Assembly (NCBI GenBank): GCA_001791325.1
Contig: MGEK01000039.1
Coordinates: 1,175 to 65,174, forward strand
Direction: 5' to 3'
Length of the DNA: 64,000 nt
From: Candidatus Uhrbacteria bacterium RIFCSPLOWO2_01_FULL_47_25
Lineage (GTDB): Bacteria > Patescibacteriota > Patescibacteriia > GWA2-46-9
Shown here: piece after piece, positions 1-10,254 of the stretch
Layout: each line of letters starts with the position of its first letter
Position numbering within the stretch: the first letter of the stretch is position 1
The notes under the pieces: model-generated
What the model was told of the DNA's origin: nothing
Database searches by the model: none
The model's input: only the letters and a program-made list of their open reading frames with translations
Program-made: the position numbers and the translations under genes

Positions 1-117
1 ACCAACGTGAGCAGGCGATTCATCATAACTTATCCTAACCACATCGGTTATCTTGACTGGATATATGTATTTATTCTTTGTTTTCATGCCACATGACACT
101 TTTTATACTTATTCCCA

Positions 118-639
118 CTACCATCCAATTAGTGCATAAGCCATTGAAACAATATTTAGATTCCCGTGTTGCTTTTCTACTAAATGAGCCAACTTCTTGG
201 CAACGCCTTTATAAAGTTCAATTTTCATATTAAGCTTTTGGTCCCAATCTAACAAATTAGAAACCATATCATACAACTTTAACAATTGCGCTTCTTCACT
301 TTTCTGAAAAATTTTTTCAAGACCTTCGGTTGGAGTTTCAAAAGTAAGCTCTTGAATCAATTTTACAACTTCGTCCGATATATTACTCGGCAAAGTCGCG
401 GTAGTATCCTCCACAACATCATGCAAAAGAAGGGCTTGGGCTCCGCGCCATCTTAATTCCTCTGACAATGTTGTTTCGGTCAACAGTGTCATTGCGCACC
501 AAATTGGATGGATGCTGTATGGAGTTCGCTTATCCCAAAATCTAAAAGAATTATCTGGCTGTTTTGGATACTCCTCGTGAGCAGTAATGACAAATAGAAT
601 TAGTTCTGAAAGTTTCTTAGTGTTTATATTATCCGCCAT
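118..639 (-). CDS. HD-domain phosphohydrolase (YfbR-like nucleotidase family)
   Basis: Translation contains the H...HD metal-binding signature (LLHDVVEDT) in the context typical of HD hydrolases; full-length ORF. Confidence 0.55.
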   Translation of the reverse strand: MADNINTKKLSELILFVITAHEEYPKQPDNSFRFWDKRTPYSIHPIWCAMTLLTETTLSEELRWRGAQALLLHDVVEDTTATLPSNISDEVVKLIQELTFETPTEGLEKIFQKSEEAQLLKLYDMVSNLLDWDQKLNMKIELYKGVAKKLAHLVEKQHGNLNIVSMAYALIGW

Positions 640-738
640 AATATCCTTTTATTAATTTTTTAGATATATCATGTGGATTTATATTTTTGTTCTTATTGAT
701 CAGTTTTTGTTCTAAGAGCATATTTAAAAATGTTAGTA

Positions 739-1272
739 TTAAGGACGCAAAAATTCTTTCAGTTTATTTAGGGCGATTCTTCTCATACTGATTTCATTTT
801 TTTCTTCTCGACTCATTTCTGCGAATGTCTTTTTATGACCACTTGGCAAAAATATTGGATCCCATCCAAAGTTAATTTCTCCTTTTGGCTTGACTATCGT
901 GCCTTTTGTTACTCCTTCAAAATAATATATCTCTGCACGATTTTTTGCATATCCAATAAGCGTTTTTGCCTCTGCGCTAGTATCTCCTAATTTTTCAGCG
1001 ATTTTAGCTAATCCGTCATTTCCGACTGTTTTCAGAAACCACTTGATTAACGGACCTGGCAACCCATTTAAGCAATCAAGATACAAAGACGTGTCCTCTA
1101 CTATAAATTCTCCTTTCGAATGGTTCAGTGCTTCAAATAATTTCTTTTTTATTATTTCCTTTGCGTCAATTTCTTGAATTTCAAGCAGATCAATATCCAA
1201 CTGCCTTACTTCTGGCAGAATTGCCTTTACTTCCTCAAATTTATTCTTATTTCCAGTGATGAAGTAGATCAT
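739..1272 (-). CDS. rdgB: non-canonical purine NTP pyrophosphatase (RdgB/Ham1/ITPase family)
   Basis: N-terminus MIYFITGNKNKFEE and FGWDPIF motif are hallmarks of the Ham1/RdgB family; ~180 aa is the typical size. Confidence 0.8.
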   Translation of the reverse strand: MIYFITGNKNKFEEVKAILPEVRQLDIDLLEIQEIDAKEIIKKKLFEALNHSKGEFIVEDTSLYLDCLNGLPGPLIKWFLKTVGNDGLAKIAEKLGDTSAEAKTLIGYAKNRAEIYYFEGVTKGTIVKPKGEINFGWDPIFLPSGHKKTFAEMSREEKNEISMRRIALNKLKEFLRP

Positions 1273-1304
1273 AATTTATTTCTCCTCATACCCCATGACA
1301 CTTC

Positions 1305-1733
1305 TTATATATATTTCCGTCTCTTTAAATATTCTTCAAACACCGGCGTGAGGTTATCAATAATATTATACTTTTTATATTCCTTCGGGTCTATCCATTC
1401 ATAAGCATCATGATCGGTGCTTACTATTACTTTAGGTGACAGTGCGTAACATTCAAAAAATATTCCAACAATCTGCCACTGTTCTCCGCGAACAACCGGA
1501 CGCCACTCATTTACTGTTATTGGATTTCCAATTTGGATACTTAAACCCGTCTCTTCAAGGACTTCACGAGCCAAAGCTTCATTAAAGCGTTCGCCGGGCT
1601 TCAACCGACCACCCGGAAGATCATAACGTCCCTCGTTCGTACCATCTGCGTATAAGCTTGCCTCACGAAGAATTAGAATTTTCTCATCATGAATAATTAC
1701 AGCTTTTGTCGCAATAAAAAGTTTTAGTTCCAT
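1305..1733 (-). CDS. NUDIX hydrolase
   Basis: Nudix box GG(R)LKPGERFNEALAREVLEETGL present. Confidence 0.75.
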   Translation of the reverse strand: MELKLFIATKAVIIHDEKILILREASLYADGTNEGRYDLPGGRLKPGERFNEALAREVLEETGLSIQIGNPITVNEWRPVVRGEQWQIVGIFFECYALSPKVIVSTDHDAYEWIDPKEYKKYNIIDNLTPVFEEYLKRRKYI

Positions 1734-1883
1734 ATTATTGTAGCCCTACGCCCCGCGGCACTTCTGCTATTTATTGCCAGCCCCGTGCGCGCCTTTACGT
1801 TTGGCCAACAAGGTCATCCCGTCTTTAATGATGACCACCCCTGCTCCAACTTTTGGCACAGAATTTTCCATAGTCTATTAAAA

Positions 1884-2408
1884 TTATATTTCTTCAACTT
1901 CCTTTAATCTATACTCCAGAATAACATCCGATTTGCCAAAAAGGAACTTACCCTTAAATTTCTTCCCGCTCAAGAATAATGGCATCCAATATATATCGTC
2001 AGACCACATATTGCCAAACGGAATTTCGTCTGTATGGAACCATTGCGGTTTCATTTCGTCGCTTTCAATTGGCTCTCCTAAAAAATTATCTGCCTTGAAA
2101 ATATGAACCTCTAAAATTTCAGGATTACCATTAAATTCAAAATTTATAATTCCCCTACGTTCTATTCCAGTGGCAATAACCCCAACCTCTTCTTTAGTTT
2201 CCCTCAAGACCGCTTCTTCAATGGGTTCTCCTTCTTTCACCTTTCCGCCAAATCCATTCCATCGTCCCGCTCCAAGTCCGCGTTTTTTCATTCCGAGTAA
2301 AATCTTGGGGTGCTGATGAATTATGCAGAGTGTAAATAGATTTTTCATAATCTTTTGATCCTTATGCCCATGACCCTCCTTCGCTAAAGCTTCGAACAGG
2401 CACAGCAC
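1884..2408 (-). CDS. NUDIX hydrolase (MutT-like)
   Basis: Nudix box GFGGKVKEGEPIEEAVLRETKEEVGV present. Confidence 0.7.
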   Translation of the reverse strand: MLCLFEALAKEGHGHKDQKIMKNLFTLCIIHQHPKILLGMKKRGLGAGRWNGFGGKVKEGEPIEEAVLRETKEEVGVIATGIERRGIINFEFNGNPEILEVHIFKADNFLGEPIESDEMKPQWFHTDEIPFGNMWSDDIYWMPLFLSGKKFKGKFLFGKSDVILEYRLKEVEEI

Positions 2409-2457
2409 TTTTTATCCCAGTAGTAGAAGCTTCGCTTCACTACGGGATTGCGCGTTG

Positions 2458-5202
2458 TCATGCGCCATGACAACGCTTATATTTCTTGCCTGATCCGCAC
2501 GGACAGGGTTCATTGCGGCCTATTTTTTGATGCCGTACGGTTCCACCACCAGACACTTCCTGTCCACCTTCTGGCATATCGGCGTTCATACCCGCTGATC
2601 GCTCGGACATTGTTTTAGCTGGCGCGCTAAATGTTAAATTACGACGCTGCATTGAAGGAGCCATATCCACAGCCACGCTTATTTTATAGATGCTGTAAAC
2701 CACTTGCTTTCTGATAAGATCCAGCAACTCTTGAAACAAACGATAGGCCTCTCGCTTGTATTCCACCAAAGGATCGCGCTGACCGTATCCGCGAAGCCCA
2801 ATCCCCTGCCGCAGATGATCAATAGCTTCCAAATGCTCAATCCAAAGCGTATCAATGGCTCGGAGCATCATGGAGCGCTCAATTGACAAAAAAGCGGCTG
2901 GGTCATTAATTTTGCGCTTAATATTTTCGCGCAAAGCGCCGTAAGCATTTTTAGCGTCATCAATAATTGCCTCAATAAGTTTAGTGCGCTCAACCGCCCC
3001 CAAGGCGCGGTCAGAACCGGCTGAAGATATTTCCTTTAGAGCCGTTTCTGTATTGGCTGAAACCGGATAAATTGTCCGCAAAACTTCAATAATTTCCGGT
3101 ATATTCCAATCGCCGTCCCCTTCTAAATGAGTGTGAAACCCAACAACTTGCTCTATTTCTTGCTCAATCATGCCCAAAATTTCCTCCTCCAAAATATCCG
3201 CTTCGCCATTTTTACTCTCGCTAAATTTTTCTAAAATTCTACGACGCAATCCGTAAACTACTTCCCGATGCTTATTTATTACATCATCGTATTCCACCAA
3301 GTATTTTCTGATATCAAAGTTGTGTCCTTCAACTTTGTGCTGGGCTGATTCAAGGGCTTTAGAAACCATTCTATTCTCAATTGGCATATCTTCTGGCACG
3401 CCCAAGCGCTCCATCATGTTTCTTATGCGCTCGGAGCCAAAAATGCGCATTAAGTCATCGTCTAAAGAAACATAAAACTGCGATGAGCCCGGGTCGCCCT
3501 GTCGGCCGGCGCGACCTCGCAACTGATTATCAATACGCCGCGACTCATGGCGCTCTGTACCAATAACATGAAGACCGCCCAAAGCGACGACTGCTTCATG
3601 GTCTTTTTGCCATTGCTCTTGCGCTGTATGGTCAGCAATGGCCTCACCACCTTCTGAACTTGTCAGAGGCGGCGGCGTACCCCCCAAGATAATGTCCACA
3701 CCGCGACCGGCCATGTTGGTGGCTAAGGTAACCGCGCCTCGACGTCCGGCTTCAGTAATAATCTGCGCTTCACGTTCATGGTTTTTAGCGTTTAAGACTT
3801 CATGCGGAATACCTTCAGTCTCTAAAAGCGCGCTTAATGTTTCATTTTTCTCAATGGAAATAGTGCCAATAAGCACGGGCTGTCCTCGTTCATGCCGCTC
3901 TTTTACTTCACGCATCACCGCCGTGAATTTCCCCATTTCAGTTTTATAAATTCTGTCCGCTAAATCAGCGCGGATCATGGGTTTGTGCGTTGGAATCACC
4001 ACTACTTCTAATTTGTAAATTTTATGGAATTCTTCGGCTTCGGTTTCGGCCGTACCGGTCATGCCCGCTAACTTTTCGTACAATCTGAAATAATTTTGAA
4101 AAGTAATAGTCGCCAAAGTCTGACTCTCACGCTGAATTTCCACGCCTTCTTTTGCCTCAATGGCCTGATGCAGACCCTCTGAATAGCGGCGGCCAAACAT
4201 AAGGCGGCCGGTAAATTCATCAACAATGATAATCTCTCCATCCTTAACCACATAGTCACGGTCTTTTTTGTAAAGAGTTTCCGCTCGCAGGGCCTGCTCA
4301 ATGTGATGAACCGACGAAAGGCCACTAACCGTGTAAATATTTTCAACGCCTAGCCATTTTTCCAACTTGGCGATACCTTCGGCGGTTAATGTCGCCGCGC
4401 GCATTTTTTCATCAATGTTAAAATCAGCTTTCTCCTCCAGCTTTTTTATCAAATCAGCAAACTTGTAATAAAGATCAGTTGATTCTTCAGCAGGCGCGGA
4501 AATAATGAGCGGCGTGCGCGCTTCGTCAATCAAAATACTGTCCACCTCATCAACAATAGCGTAATGCAGTTTGCGCTGAACCATATCTTCCAGCCGCGCC
4601 ACCATATTATCGCGCAAATAGTCAAAACCGAATTCGTTGTTAGTGCCGTAGGTAACATCAGCCGCGTACGCCTCACGACGAGGCACGGGAACTAATGAAC
4701 GTGTTGGATGATCATATCTAAACGCGCTATCGTGCTGAATGCAGCCAACAGTCAAACCAACCGCATCATAAACTGGCCCCATCCATTCAGCGTGAAACTT
4801 AGCCAAGTAATCGTTGACCGTGACCAAATGCGCCCCCTTACCGGTTAAAGCATTCAAATATAGCGGCGCTGTGGCGGTCAAAGTTTTTCCTTCACCAGTT
4901 CTCATCTCGGCAATTTGACCGCGATGCAAAACCGCGCCGCCAATCAACTGCACGTCAAAATGGCGCTGACCCAAAGTGCGTCGCGCCGCTTCACGAATGA
5001 CGGCAAAGGCCTCGGGCAAAAGATCATCTATAGTCTCCCCTTCTTGAAGGCGTTTTTTAAATTCGTGAGTTTTAGCGCGTAATGCTTCGCTGGTTAAGGC
5101 TGTAAACGAAGGCTCAAGCTCGTTAATTCTCTCAATAATTGGCCTAATTGACTCCACGACCTTAGCATTTGGATCACCAAAGATTTTTGTTAAAAATGAC
5201 AT
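2458..5202 (-). CDS. secA: preprotein translocase ATPase SecA
   Basis: 914 aa; DEAD-like motor motifs ([23 protein letters not shown]); C-terminal zinc-binding tail [14 protein letters not shown]. Confidence 0.95.
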   Translation of the reverse strand: MSFLTKIFGDPNAKVVESIRPIIERINELEPSFTALTSEALRAKTHEFKKRLQEGETIDDLLPEAFAVIREAARRTLGQRHFDVQLIGGAVLHRGQIAEMRTGEGKTLTATAPLYLNALTGKGAHLVTVNDYLAKFHAEWMGPVYDAVGLTVGCIQHDSAFRYDHPTRSLVPVPRREAYAADVTYGTNNEFGFDYLRDNMVARLEDMVQRKLHYAIVDEVDSILIDEARTPLIISAPAEESTDLYYKFADLIKKLEEKADFNIDEKMRAATLTAEGIAKLEKWLGVENIYTVSGLSSVHHIEQALRAETLYKKDRDYVVKDGEIIIVDEFTGRLMFGRRYSEGLHQAIEAKEGVEIQRESQTLATITFQNYFRLYEKLAGMTGTAETEAEEFHKIYKLEVVVIPTHKPMIRADLADRIYKTEMGKFTAVMREVKERHERGQPVLIGTISIEKNETLSALLETEGIPHEVLNAKNHEREAQIITEAGRRGAVTLATNMAGRGVDIILGGTPPPLTSSEGGEAIADHTAQEQWQKDHEAVVALGGLHVIGTERHESRRIDNQLRGRAGRQGDPGSSQFYVSLDDDLMRIFGSERIRNMMERLGVPEDMPIENRMVSKALESAQHKVEGHNFDIRKYLVEYDDVINKHREVVYGLRRRILEKFSESKNGEADILEEEILGMIEQEIEQVVGFHTHLEGDGDWNIPEIIEVLRTIYPVSANTETALKEISSAGSDRALGAVERTKLIEAIIDDAKNAYGALRENIKRKINDPAAFLSIERSMMLRAIDTLWIEHLEAIDHLRQGIGLRGYGQRDPLVEYKREAYRLFQELLDLIRKQVVYSIYKISVAVDMAPSMQRRNLTFSAPAKTMSERSAGMNADMPEGGQEVSGGGTVRHQKIGRNEPCPCGSGKKYKRCHGA

Positions 5203-5261
5203 GTAAGCAACTATAGCGGCTTCTCAATAAAATGTGAAGCACTCCACAAGCTCACCCCTAT

Positions 5262-5396
5262 GGCGTCAGCCATGTCGCGGTTTCGTGAGGCGCCTGCCTG
5301 CCGCAGGCAGGAAACCCCATACCGTCCCGATGGCCATCGGGACCGGTGCGCGAGTGAAGAAGCCCGCGATGTCATGCACCGCGGGCTTCTGTGTAG
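5262..5396. ncRNA. GC-rich structured element, copy 1 (conserved core CAGGAAACCCCAYACCGTCC flanked by covarying hairpins)
   Basis: Intergenic between secA start and the decarboxylase stop. Contains the perfect hairpins GTCCCGATGG/CCATCGGGAC and AGAAGCCCGCG...CGCGGGCTTCT. A second copy with compensatory stem changes lies at 15408-15512. Confidence 0.3.
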
Positions 5397-5417
5397 CGAA
5401 AAAAACCAAGTTAAATC

Positions 5418-6782
5418 TTACCACCCAAACAACTTCCCCACCTCCTCCGGTGTCTCGCGCCGCCGAGCCAGCGTAATATCGCCGTCTTGGACGATAATCT
5501 TGGCCGGTGAGGAAAGTAAACAGTGATGAGAAGCCAGAGCGTCTTGATAAGCTCCGGTATCAAAAATCGCTATGTATTGTTGCTCTCCATCTTCAAGCTC
5601 CTCAAGACGCGGCAAACGAATATATGTGCCCGAGGCCGTGTATTTGTCATCAGAATCGCAGGAACTACCGGTCAGCCAAACCGGTACGAGTTTTTTCGCA
5701 TCCATGTGGTTCACTGGAGCAACGTGCCACTTTTGATGAATCGCCCATGTATCAAGAAGATCATTCATAAAACTGCCGTCAATAATGTACCAAAGTTTTC
5801 TTGATCCATTAGAGACGGGTTTCGCATGGATAATTCTAAAAATAGAAATTTGCGCCGGCGCCACGGCATAACGACCCCACTCTACAATGAGATGGGGCGG
5901 GGGCACGCCGGCACGAGCGGCCATTTTCCCAATCGTCCCGACGATGCCGTTGGCCACGCTCTCAACGCTATAAAGTCTGCGGCTGCCATAGGGCACGGCA
6001 AACCCTCCCCCTAGATCAAGAGTATCAAGGCTGGGATTTGTTTTACGCAACTGGATATAGAGTTCCATCAACTTTTTGGCCGCCCGTACGAGATCACTCC
6101 CTTGTTCAATTTGCGATCCAAGATGATAATGAAGAATTTTTAAATTTCGAATACGCCCTAATTCTAAAATTTCTTCCGGGGATGTTCCGAATTGATCAAA
6201 TTTCTTGTCCCAGTGAGAGCGAACTTTTATATTGATATTAGCGCGGATACCCACATCACCCTTAAAACTTTTGAGCATCGGTATTTCTCCAAGATCTTCA
6301 ATAATGGGTGTAATGTAAACGCCGAGATTCCTAAGTTCGGTTATTAAGTCTATATATTTTGCCACTTTGGGACCATTGCAGATAACCCGAATACGCGCGT
6401 TGAAGTGATTTTGCCCCCACAATTTTTTCAACAGCCAAAGTTCATTATGAGAGGCAACTTCTAAATTTGCTCCCTCGGAAAGAAGCGGAATCACAAATTC
6501 TTTGTTCTGGTTTACCTTCATGGGGTAGTGATAGGAAAACCGACCGCGGTACTTACGGCGCCTCATAGTATTCTGAAAAACCGTAAAAAGATCCTCAACC
6601 TTTTGCTCCAAAATGTGGGGAAAAACAATTTCTAAAGGCGAACCGTATTTTTTGACTAATTCAAAAACGTTATACTGATAGTTACCCTCCTTAACGATAA
6701 GATGGCCATCCCGACTCACATCAAACCACTGCGTATTCAGCTCCGGACGTCCTAATTTCCAAAACTGGCGAACGTTTTTCAC
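5418..6782 (-). CDS. PLP-dependent arginine decarboxylase-like enzyme (SpeA family, short form)
   Basis: The N-terminal region (IVFPHILEQ...YHYPMKVNQNKEFV...ANLEVASHNEL) aligns to the SpeA/Orn-DAP-Arg decarboxylase fold-III pattern. 454 aa is shorter than E. coli SpeA. Confidence 0.6.
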   Translation of the reverse strand: MKNVRQFWKLGRPELNTQWFDVSRDGHLIVKEGNYQYNVFELVKKYGSPLEIVFPHILEQKVEDLFTVFQNTMRRRKYRGRFSYHYPMKVNQNKEFVIPLLSEGANLEVASHNELWLLKKLWGQNHFNARIRVICNGPKVAKYIDLITELRNLGVYITPIIEDLGEIPMLKSFKGDVGIRANINIKVRSHWDKKFDQFGTSPEEILELGRIRNLKILHYHLGSQIEQGSDLVRAAKKLMELYIQLRKTNPSLDTLDLGGGFAVPYGSRRLYSVESVANGIVGTIGKMAARAGVPPPHLIVEWGRYAVAPAQISIFRIIHAKPVSNGSRKLWYIIDGSFMNDLLDTWAIHQKWHVAPVNHMDAKKLVPVWLTGSSCDSDDKYTASGTYIRLPRLEELEDGEQQYIAIFDTGAYQDALASHHCLLSSPAKIIVQDGDITLARRRETPEEVGKLFGW

Positions 6783-7138
6783 GACTGTACCTCCCTTTGC
6801 CGACGGCGCGGACTGACCAACCTAGCTTGGCGAACGCTAATGCTCCGTTTCTCTTTCAGGCCATGTAATTCACGCTTTAATTCGTCTTTAACGGCATCAA
6901 CTGCCGCATAAATATCGGTAGATACAGCCTCGGCTCTAAATAAGTGCTTTGGTCCATGGAGATTGGCTTCGGCACGCCAAACATCGCCCTTATGATGGTG
7001 TTTAGTAGTCCGCTCCAGCTCTACTCTGGCGTGCGTTAAACCGGGAAAAAATTTTGCCAGAGAAAGAATTTTTTGTTCCGCGTACCTCTTTAGGGCTGGA
7101 GTAAGGTCAAGATTCGTTCCTTTGATACTAATAACCAT
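6779..7138 (-). CDS. hpf: ribosome hibernation promoting factor / RaiA (sigma-54 modulation protein family)
   Basis: 119 aa; MVISIKGTNLDLTPALKRYAEQKI...ARVELE is the typical HPF/YfiA N-terminus. Confidence 0.85.
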   Translation of the reverse strand: MVISIKGTNLDLTPALKRYAEQKILSLAKFFPGLTHARVELERTTKHHHKGDVWRAEANLHGPKHLFRAEAVSTDIYAAVDAVKDELKRELHGLKEKRSISVRQARLVSPRRRQREVQS

Positions 7139-7140
7139 AC

Positions 7141-7345
7141 CCCCGCACCTTTACGGCGTTAGCGTTCTTTGGTCAGCCCGCACTAGAGCTAGCGACCACA
7201 AAGAATCAATAGCTGAAACTGTAAGCTTATAACATTCCTGACGAACGCCTGTTACTATACCGGATTGAATTAAATGATAATGATAATTGATCATAAGTTA
7301 AGTTTTGGTTCAGCTGTGGCGTTCGTAACGCCGAAAGGTGCGGGG
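7141..7345 (-). promoter_or_regulatory. long structured 5' leader of hpf (20-bp long-range stem enclosing ~165 nt)
   Basis: CCCCGCACCTTTACGGCGTTA (7141-7161) is a near-perfect reverse complement of TAACGCCGAAAGGTGCGGGG (7326-7345). It sits immediately upstream of the hpf start codon on the coding strand. Confidence 0.3.
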
Positions 7346-7393
7346 CATATTCACAAGAATAATAACATGGTCAAATAAATAAACACAAGAAAA

Positions 7394-8458
7394 TTAGTGG
7401 ATAACTTTGACCCCGGCGAGTTCATCAACCAGGCTCTCAATAAGAGCCATAGCGCTATCATTGCCGGGGTGATGATAGGCCTCCAAGCGTTCTTCAAAAA
7501 CATCAAGATTCCGAAGGAATTCCGCTATACCATCTATCTCTGCCACGCGCAGCATTTTGCCGTAACCTAATCGCTCAAGCTCCAAGGCATTATCAATCTG
7601 CTCAAATTGACCGGCGATCGGTATCGCCAAATATGGCTTTTTTAAAACAAGACTCTCGGAAATTAAGGTAAACCCGCCAGTGCCGATAATCGCCCGACAG
7701 CCCAGAAGATCATCCAAAAATCCTTGCTCGCTAAAAGCACGAAAATCTAAATTACCCTGCCGCCCTATCGCTCCATGGCCGTAAATACGATAAAGCTGAT
7801 TGGTTTTTTGCAATATGACCGGCAAACGTTCGTTCTTAAACGAATCATAAACTAAAATATGCTCGCCGCGATGCGGCCGCGCCCCCAAAATAGACGGCCG
7901 GATAATCGGCGGCACTATATGAACATGACTTTTTTTGACTGGCTCACTGGCCAAAGTGGTAACAACATAATGATCAGCTCGCGGCACAATCAAACGTACG
8001 ACGGCCTTAGACACAAGCCAATCATGGCGATAGCGCCAAGGCACCCTTGAACCACGAAACAACACATGATGAATATTGCCTATGGAAATGATGGGCACGC
8101 CGAAGCGCAGAGCCGTCAGGGCCGTCACCGGCTCAAAGTCAGTGCAAACGACGTCTGGCCGCGTTGTTTGAAAAAGATTGGCCGCCAATTCTAAACTCTT
8201 TACCGCCTCGGGAGCTCTAATTAAATTTCTCCAAATTGTTGACAAATATCGGATCGCGTTATGCTGATAATCAAAATGCAATCCAAAAACTTCGGTGACG
8301 GAAAATTCCTCCCCCAGCAAATCCTTGCCTCGGTCATAGGTTACCACTTGCACTTCATGCCCCTCATTGATTAAATAACGAATTACTTCGCGCGAACGAA
8401 TGGCGTGGCCAGAGCCCTCTCCGGAAACTCCGTAAATAATTTTTATGTTGGCAGACAT
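7394..8458 (-). CDS. glycosyltransferase (GT1/GT28-like, uncharacterised MJ1255-type family)
   Basis: N-terminal G-rich loop YGVSGEGSGHAIRSREV, ~350 aa, two Rossmann-like halves; distinct from the MurG encoded further on. Confidence 0.5.
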   Translation of the reverse strand: MSANIKIIYGVSGEGSGHAIRSREVIRYLINEGHEVQVVTYDRGKDLLGEEFSVTEVFGLHFDYQHNAIRYLSTIWRNLIRAPEAVKSLELAANLFQTTRPDVVCTDFEPVTALTALRFGVPIISIGNIHHVLFRGSRVPWRYRHDWLVSKAVVRLIVPRADHYVVTTLASEPVKKSHVHIVPPIIRPSILGARPHRGEHILVYDSFKNERLPVILQKTNQLYRIYGHGAIGRQGNLDFRAFSEQGFLDDLLGCRAIIGTGGFTLISESLVLKKPYLAIPIAGQFEQIDNALELERLGYGKMLRVAEIDGIAEFLRNLDVFEERLEAYHHPGNDSAMALIESLVDELAGVKVIH

Positions 8459-8468
8459 ATTGCTCCGG

Positions 8469-9122
8469 TCAAATTTTTTTCAAAGTTATCTTATGACGTT
8501 CCAATGTCCCGACGTATTGCCGTAGAGAAACGTCAAATATCTGCAAGCTTATATCAAACGAATTAACCCAAAACGATTTCCCCGCGGTTTTTAGAAGATT
8601 TCTCTTTAGTTCATTAAACTGCCGCCTATCATTAAGCACAGCCAAACCAATGGTAATGTGCGGCTGAAACTGACTTTTAACCATAGGATAACCGTATTTT
8701 TTTACCATTCTAGTCTCCATGGCGGAATAAAGCCCAAGAGACAAGCGCTCGTGATCCACGGAGCGAATAAAACCATTTCTCAAACTATTAGCGGAGCGCA
8801 CAATATCATTATGCAATAAAAACAAATTTTGATTGCCTTTAATCTTCAAAAAATAATAAGGTCGTTCGGCCGTTAATCCTTTTGACGCACTTTCTATGGT
8901 TAGGGCAAAATGGCGCCTTTTCAGCTTTTGCGCGGCACGCAACAAAGCTGGCATATTGCTTCTTGGAAAACGACATAGATATAAAGTAATGTGAGGACTA
9001 AAACGATAACCCGAGAAACTAACAATACCCGCCAACTTTTTAGCGCGCATAATAATTTTAGAAAATTGCGAAGGAACTGATATTTTGATGAATAAGATTA
9101 TTTCTCTGTTAACATGAGGCAT
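8469..9122 (-). CDS. 2H phosphoesterase superfamily protein (LigT-like 2'-5' RNA ligase / cyclic phosphodiesterase)
   Basis: Two H-x-T-x motifs (SPHITLYL and QPHITIGL) at the spacing expected for the 2H fold. Confidence 0.6.
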   Translation of the reverse strand: MPHVNREIILFIKISVPSQFSKIIMRAKKLAGIVSFSGYRFSPHITLYLCRFPRSNMPALLRAAQKLKRRHFALTIESASKGLTAERPYYFLKIKGNQNLFLLHNDIVRSANSLRNGFIRSVDHERLSLGLYSAMETRMVKKYGYPMVKSQFQPHITIGLAVLNDRRQFNELKRNLLKTAGKSFWVNSFDISLQIFDVSLRQYVGTLERHKITLKKI

Positions 9123-9126
9123 AATT

Positions 9127-10251
9127 TTATGACGACTCCTTCAGCAGTTCTCCGACTGTTTTGTTAAAACCGACAAAAACTGGCTCTGGCTCAAGCACCA
9201 CTCCAAAAACATCGCGAACACGTTGACGAATTTGGCCGGCCAAAGCCACAACGTCTGATGCTTTTGCTCCGCCGCGATTGATAATGGCCAGCGTATGATT
9301 GGCGGAGATTCCAACTCGCCCAAACACGTCCCCGCGCTGAAACCCGGCTGATTCAATTAGCCAGGCGGCTGAAAGTTTTACCAATTCGCCGCCCATTGGC
9401 CAGCGCGGCATAACTTTGCTCGGGAACAAACGCGCGGACGCTCGCTGCAGCTCGTCGGACGTATCCCTGGTTACGATTGGATTTACAAAAAATGAACCAA
9501 CACCGCGGCTATTGGGATCGTCCTTATCAATTACCATAGATTTGCGACGGCGTATCGCCAAAACTGTTTGACGAACATCACCAAGCGTCGGTTTAACTAT
9601 GTGCTGTGCGCTTAACTCACGCGCCACATCGTCATATAGCACCGCCCCGTCATTAATACGAGATAAACGAAATATCACTTTCGTAATTAAATACCCTCCA
9701 GTTTTTTTAAAGCGACTCTGGCGATAGCCAAAACCACATTCTTGCCTGGAAAATTGACGCCTTGTGCCGGTCTGACAATCTATCGTTTCAACCGTCTCAA
9801 TAGTGGCAGCCGCCTCCTGACCATAACAGCCAATGTTCTGCACTGGCGCTGCGCCAACAAGCCCGGGCACGCCGCTCAAGCACTCTATCCCCGCGAGCCC
9901 CCTAGCAACAGTGGCTACCACTAAGTCATCCCAGTTAAGTCCGGCTGACGCTTCTACTATTGTATCATCGCTGTTGTGAAAAATGAGTTGACGATTCGTG
10001 TATCTCAAAACCAAACCACGCCAACCGCTATCAGCTACCACTATATTACTGCCGGCGCCCAGAACGAACACGGGCAATTTGCATTGATGCGCGTAACGTA
10101 AAATCTCCGCGGCCTCATCATCCTTATCTGTTTCAATATAATAATCAACTGGTCCGCCAATTCCCAAGGTCGTATGCGGCGCCAATGGCTCATTCTTTTT
10201 GACAAGCGAAACGAATTTTGTCCCGCTAAAAAAATTAACCGCATCTGTCAT
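9127..10251 (-). CDS. murB: UDP-N-acetylenolpyruvoylglucosamine reductase MurB
   Basis: FAD-binding N-terminus (GIGGPVDYYIE...FVLGAGSNIV) and MurB C-terminal domain; adjacent to murC/murG. Confidence 0.85.
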   Translation of the reverse strand: MTDAVNFFSGTKFVSLVKKNEPLAPHTTLGIGGPVDYYIETDKDDEAAEILRYAHQCKLPVFVLGAGSNIVVADSGWRGLVLRYTNRQLIFHNSDDTIVEASAGLNWDDLVVATVARGLAGIECLSGVPGLVGAAPVQNIGCYGQEAAATIETVETIDCQTGTRRQFSRQECGFGYRQSRFKKTGGYLITKVIFRLSRINDGAVLYDDVARELSAQHIVKPTLGDVRQTVLAIRRRKSMVIDKDDPNSRGVGSFFVNPIVTRDTSDELQRASARLFPSKVMPRWPMGGELVKLSAAWLIESAGFQRGDVFGRVGISANHTLAIINRGGAKASDVVALAGQIRQRVRDVFGVVLEPEPVFVGFNKTVGELLKESS

Positions 10252-10254
10252 ACG

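Noticed and set aside
9127-10251. MurB at 374 aa looked long, suggesting a possible fusion.
   Set aside because: Both the FAD-binding and substrate domains are contiguous and the extra length is a modest C-terminal tail; there is no evidence of a second domain family.
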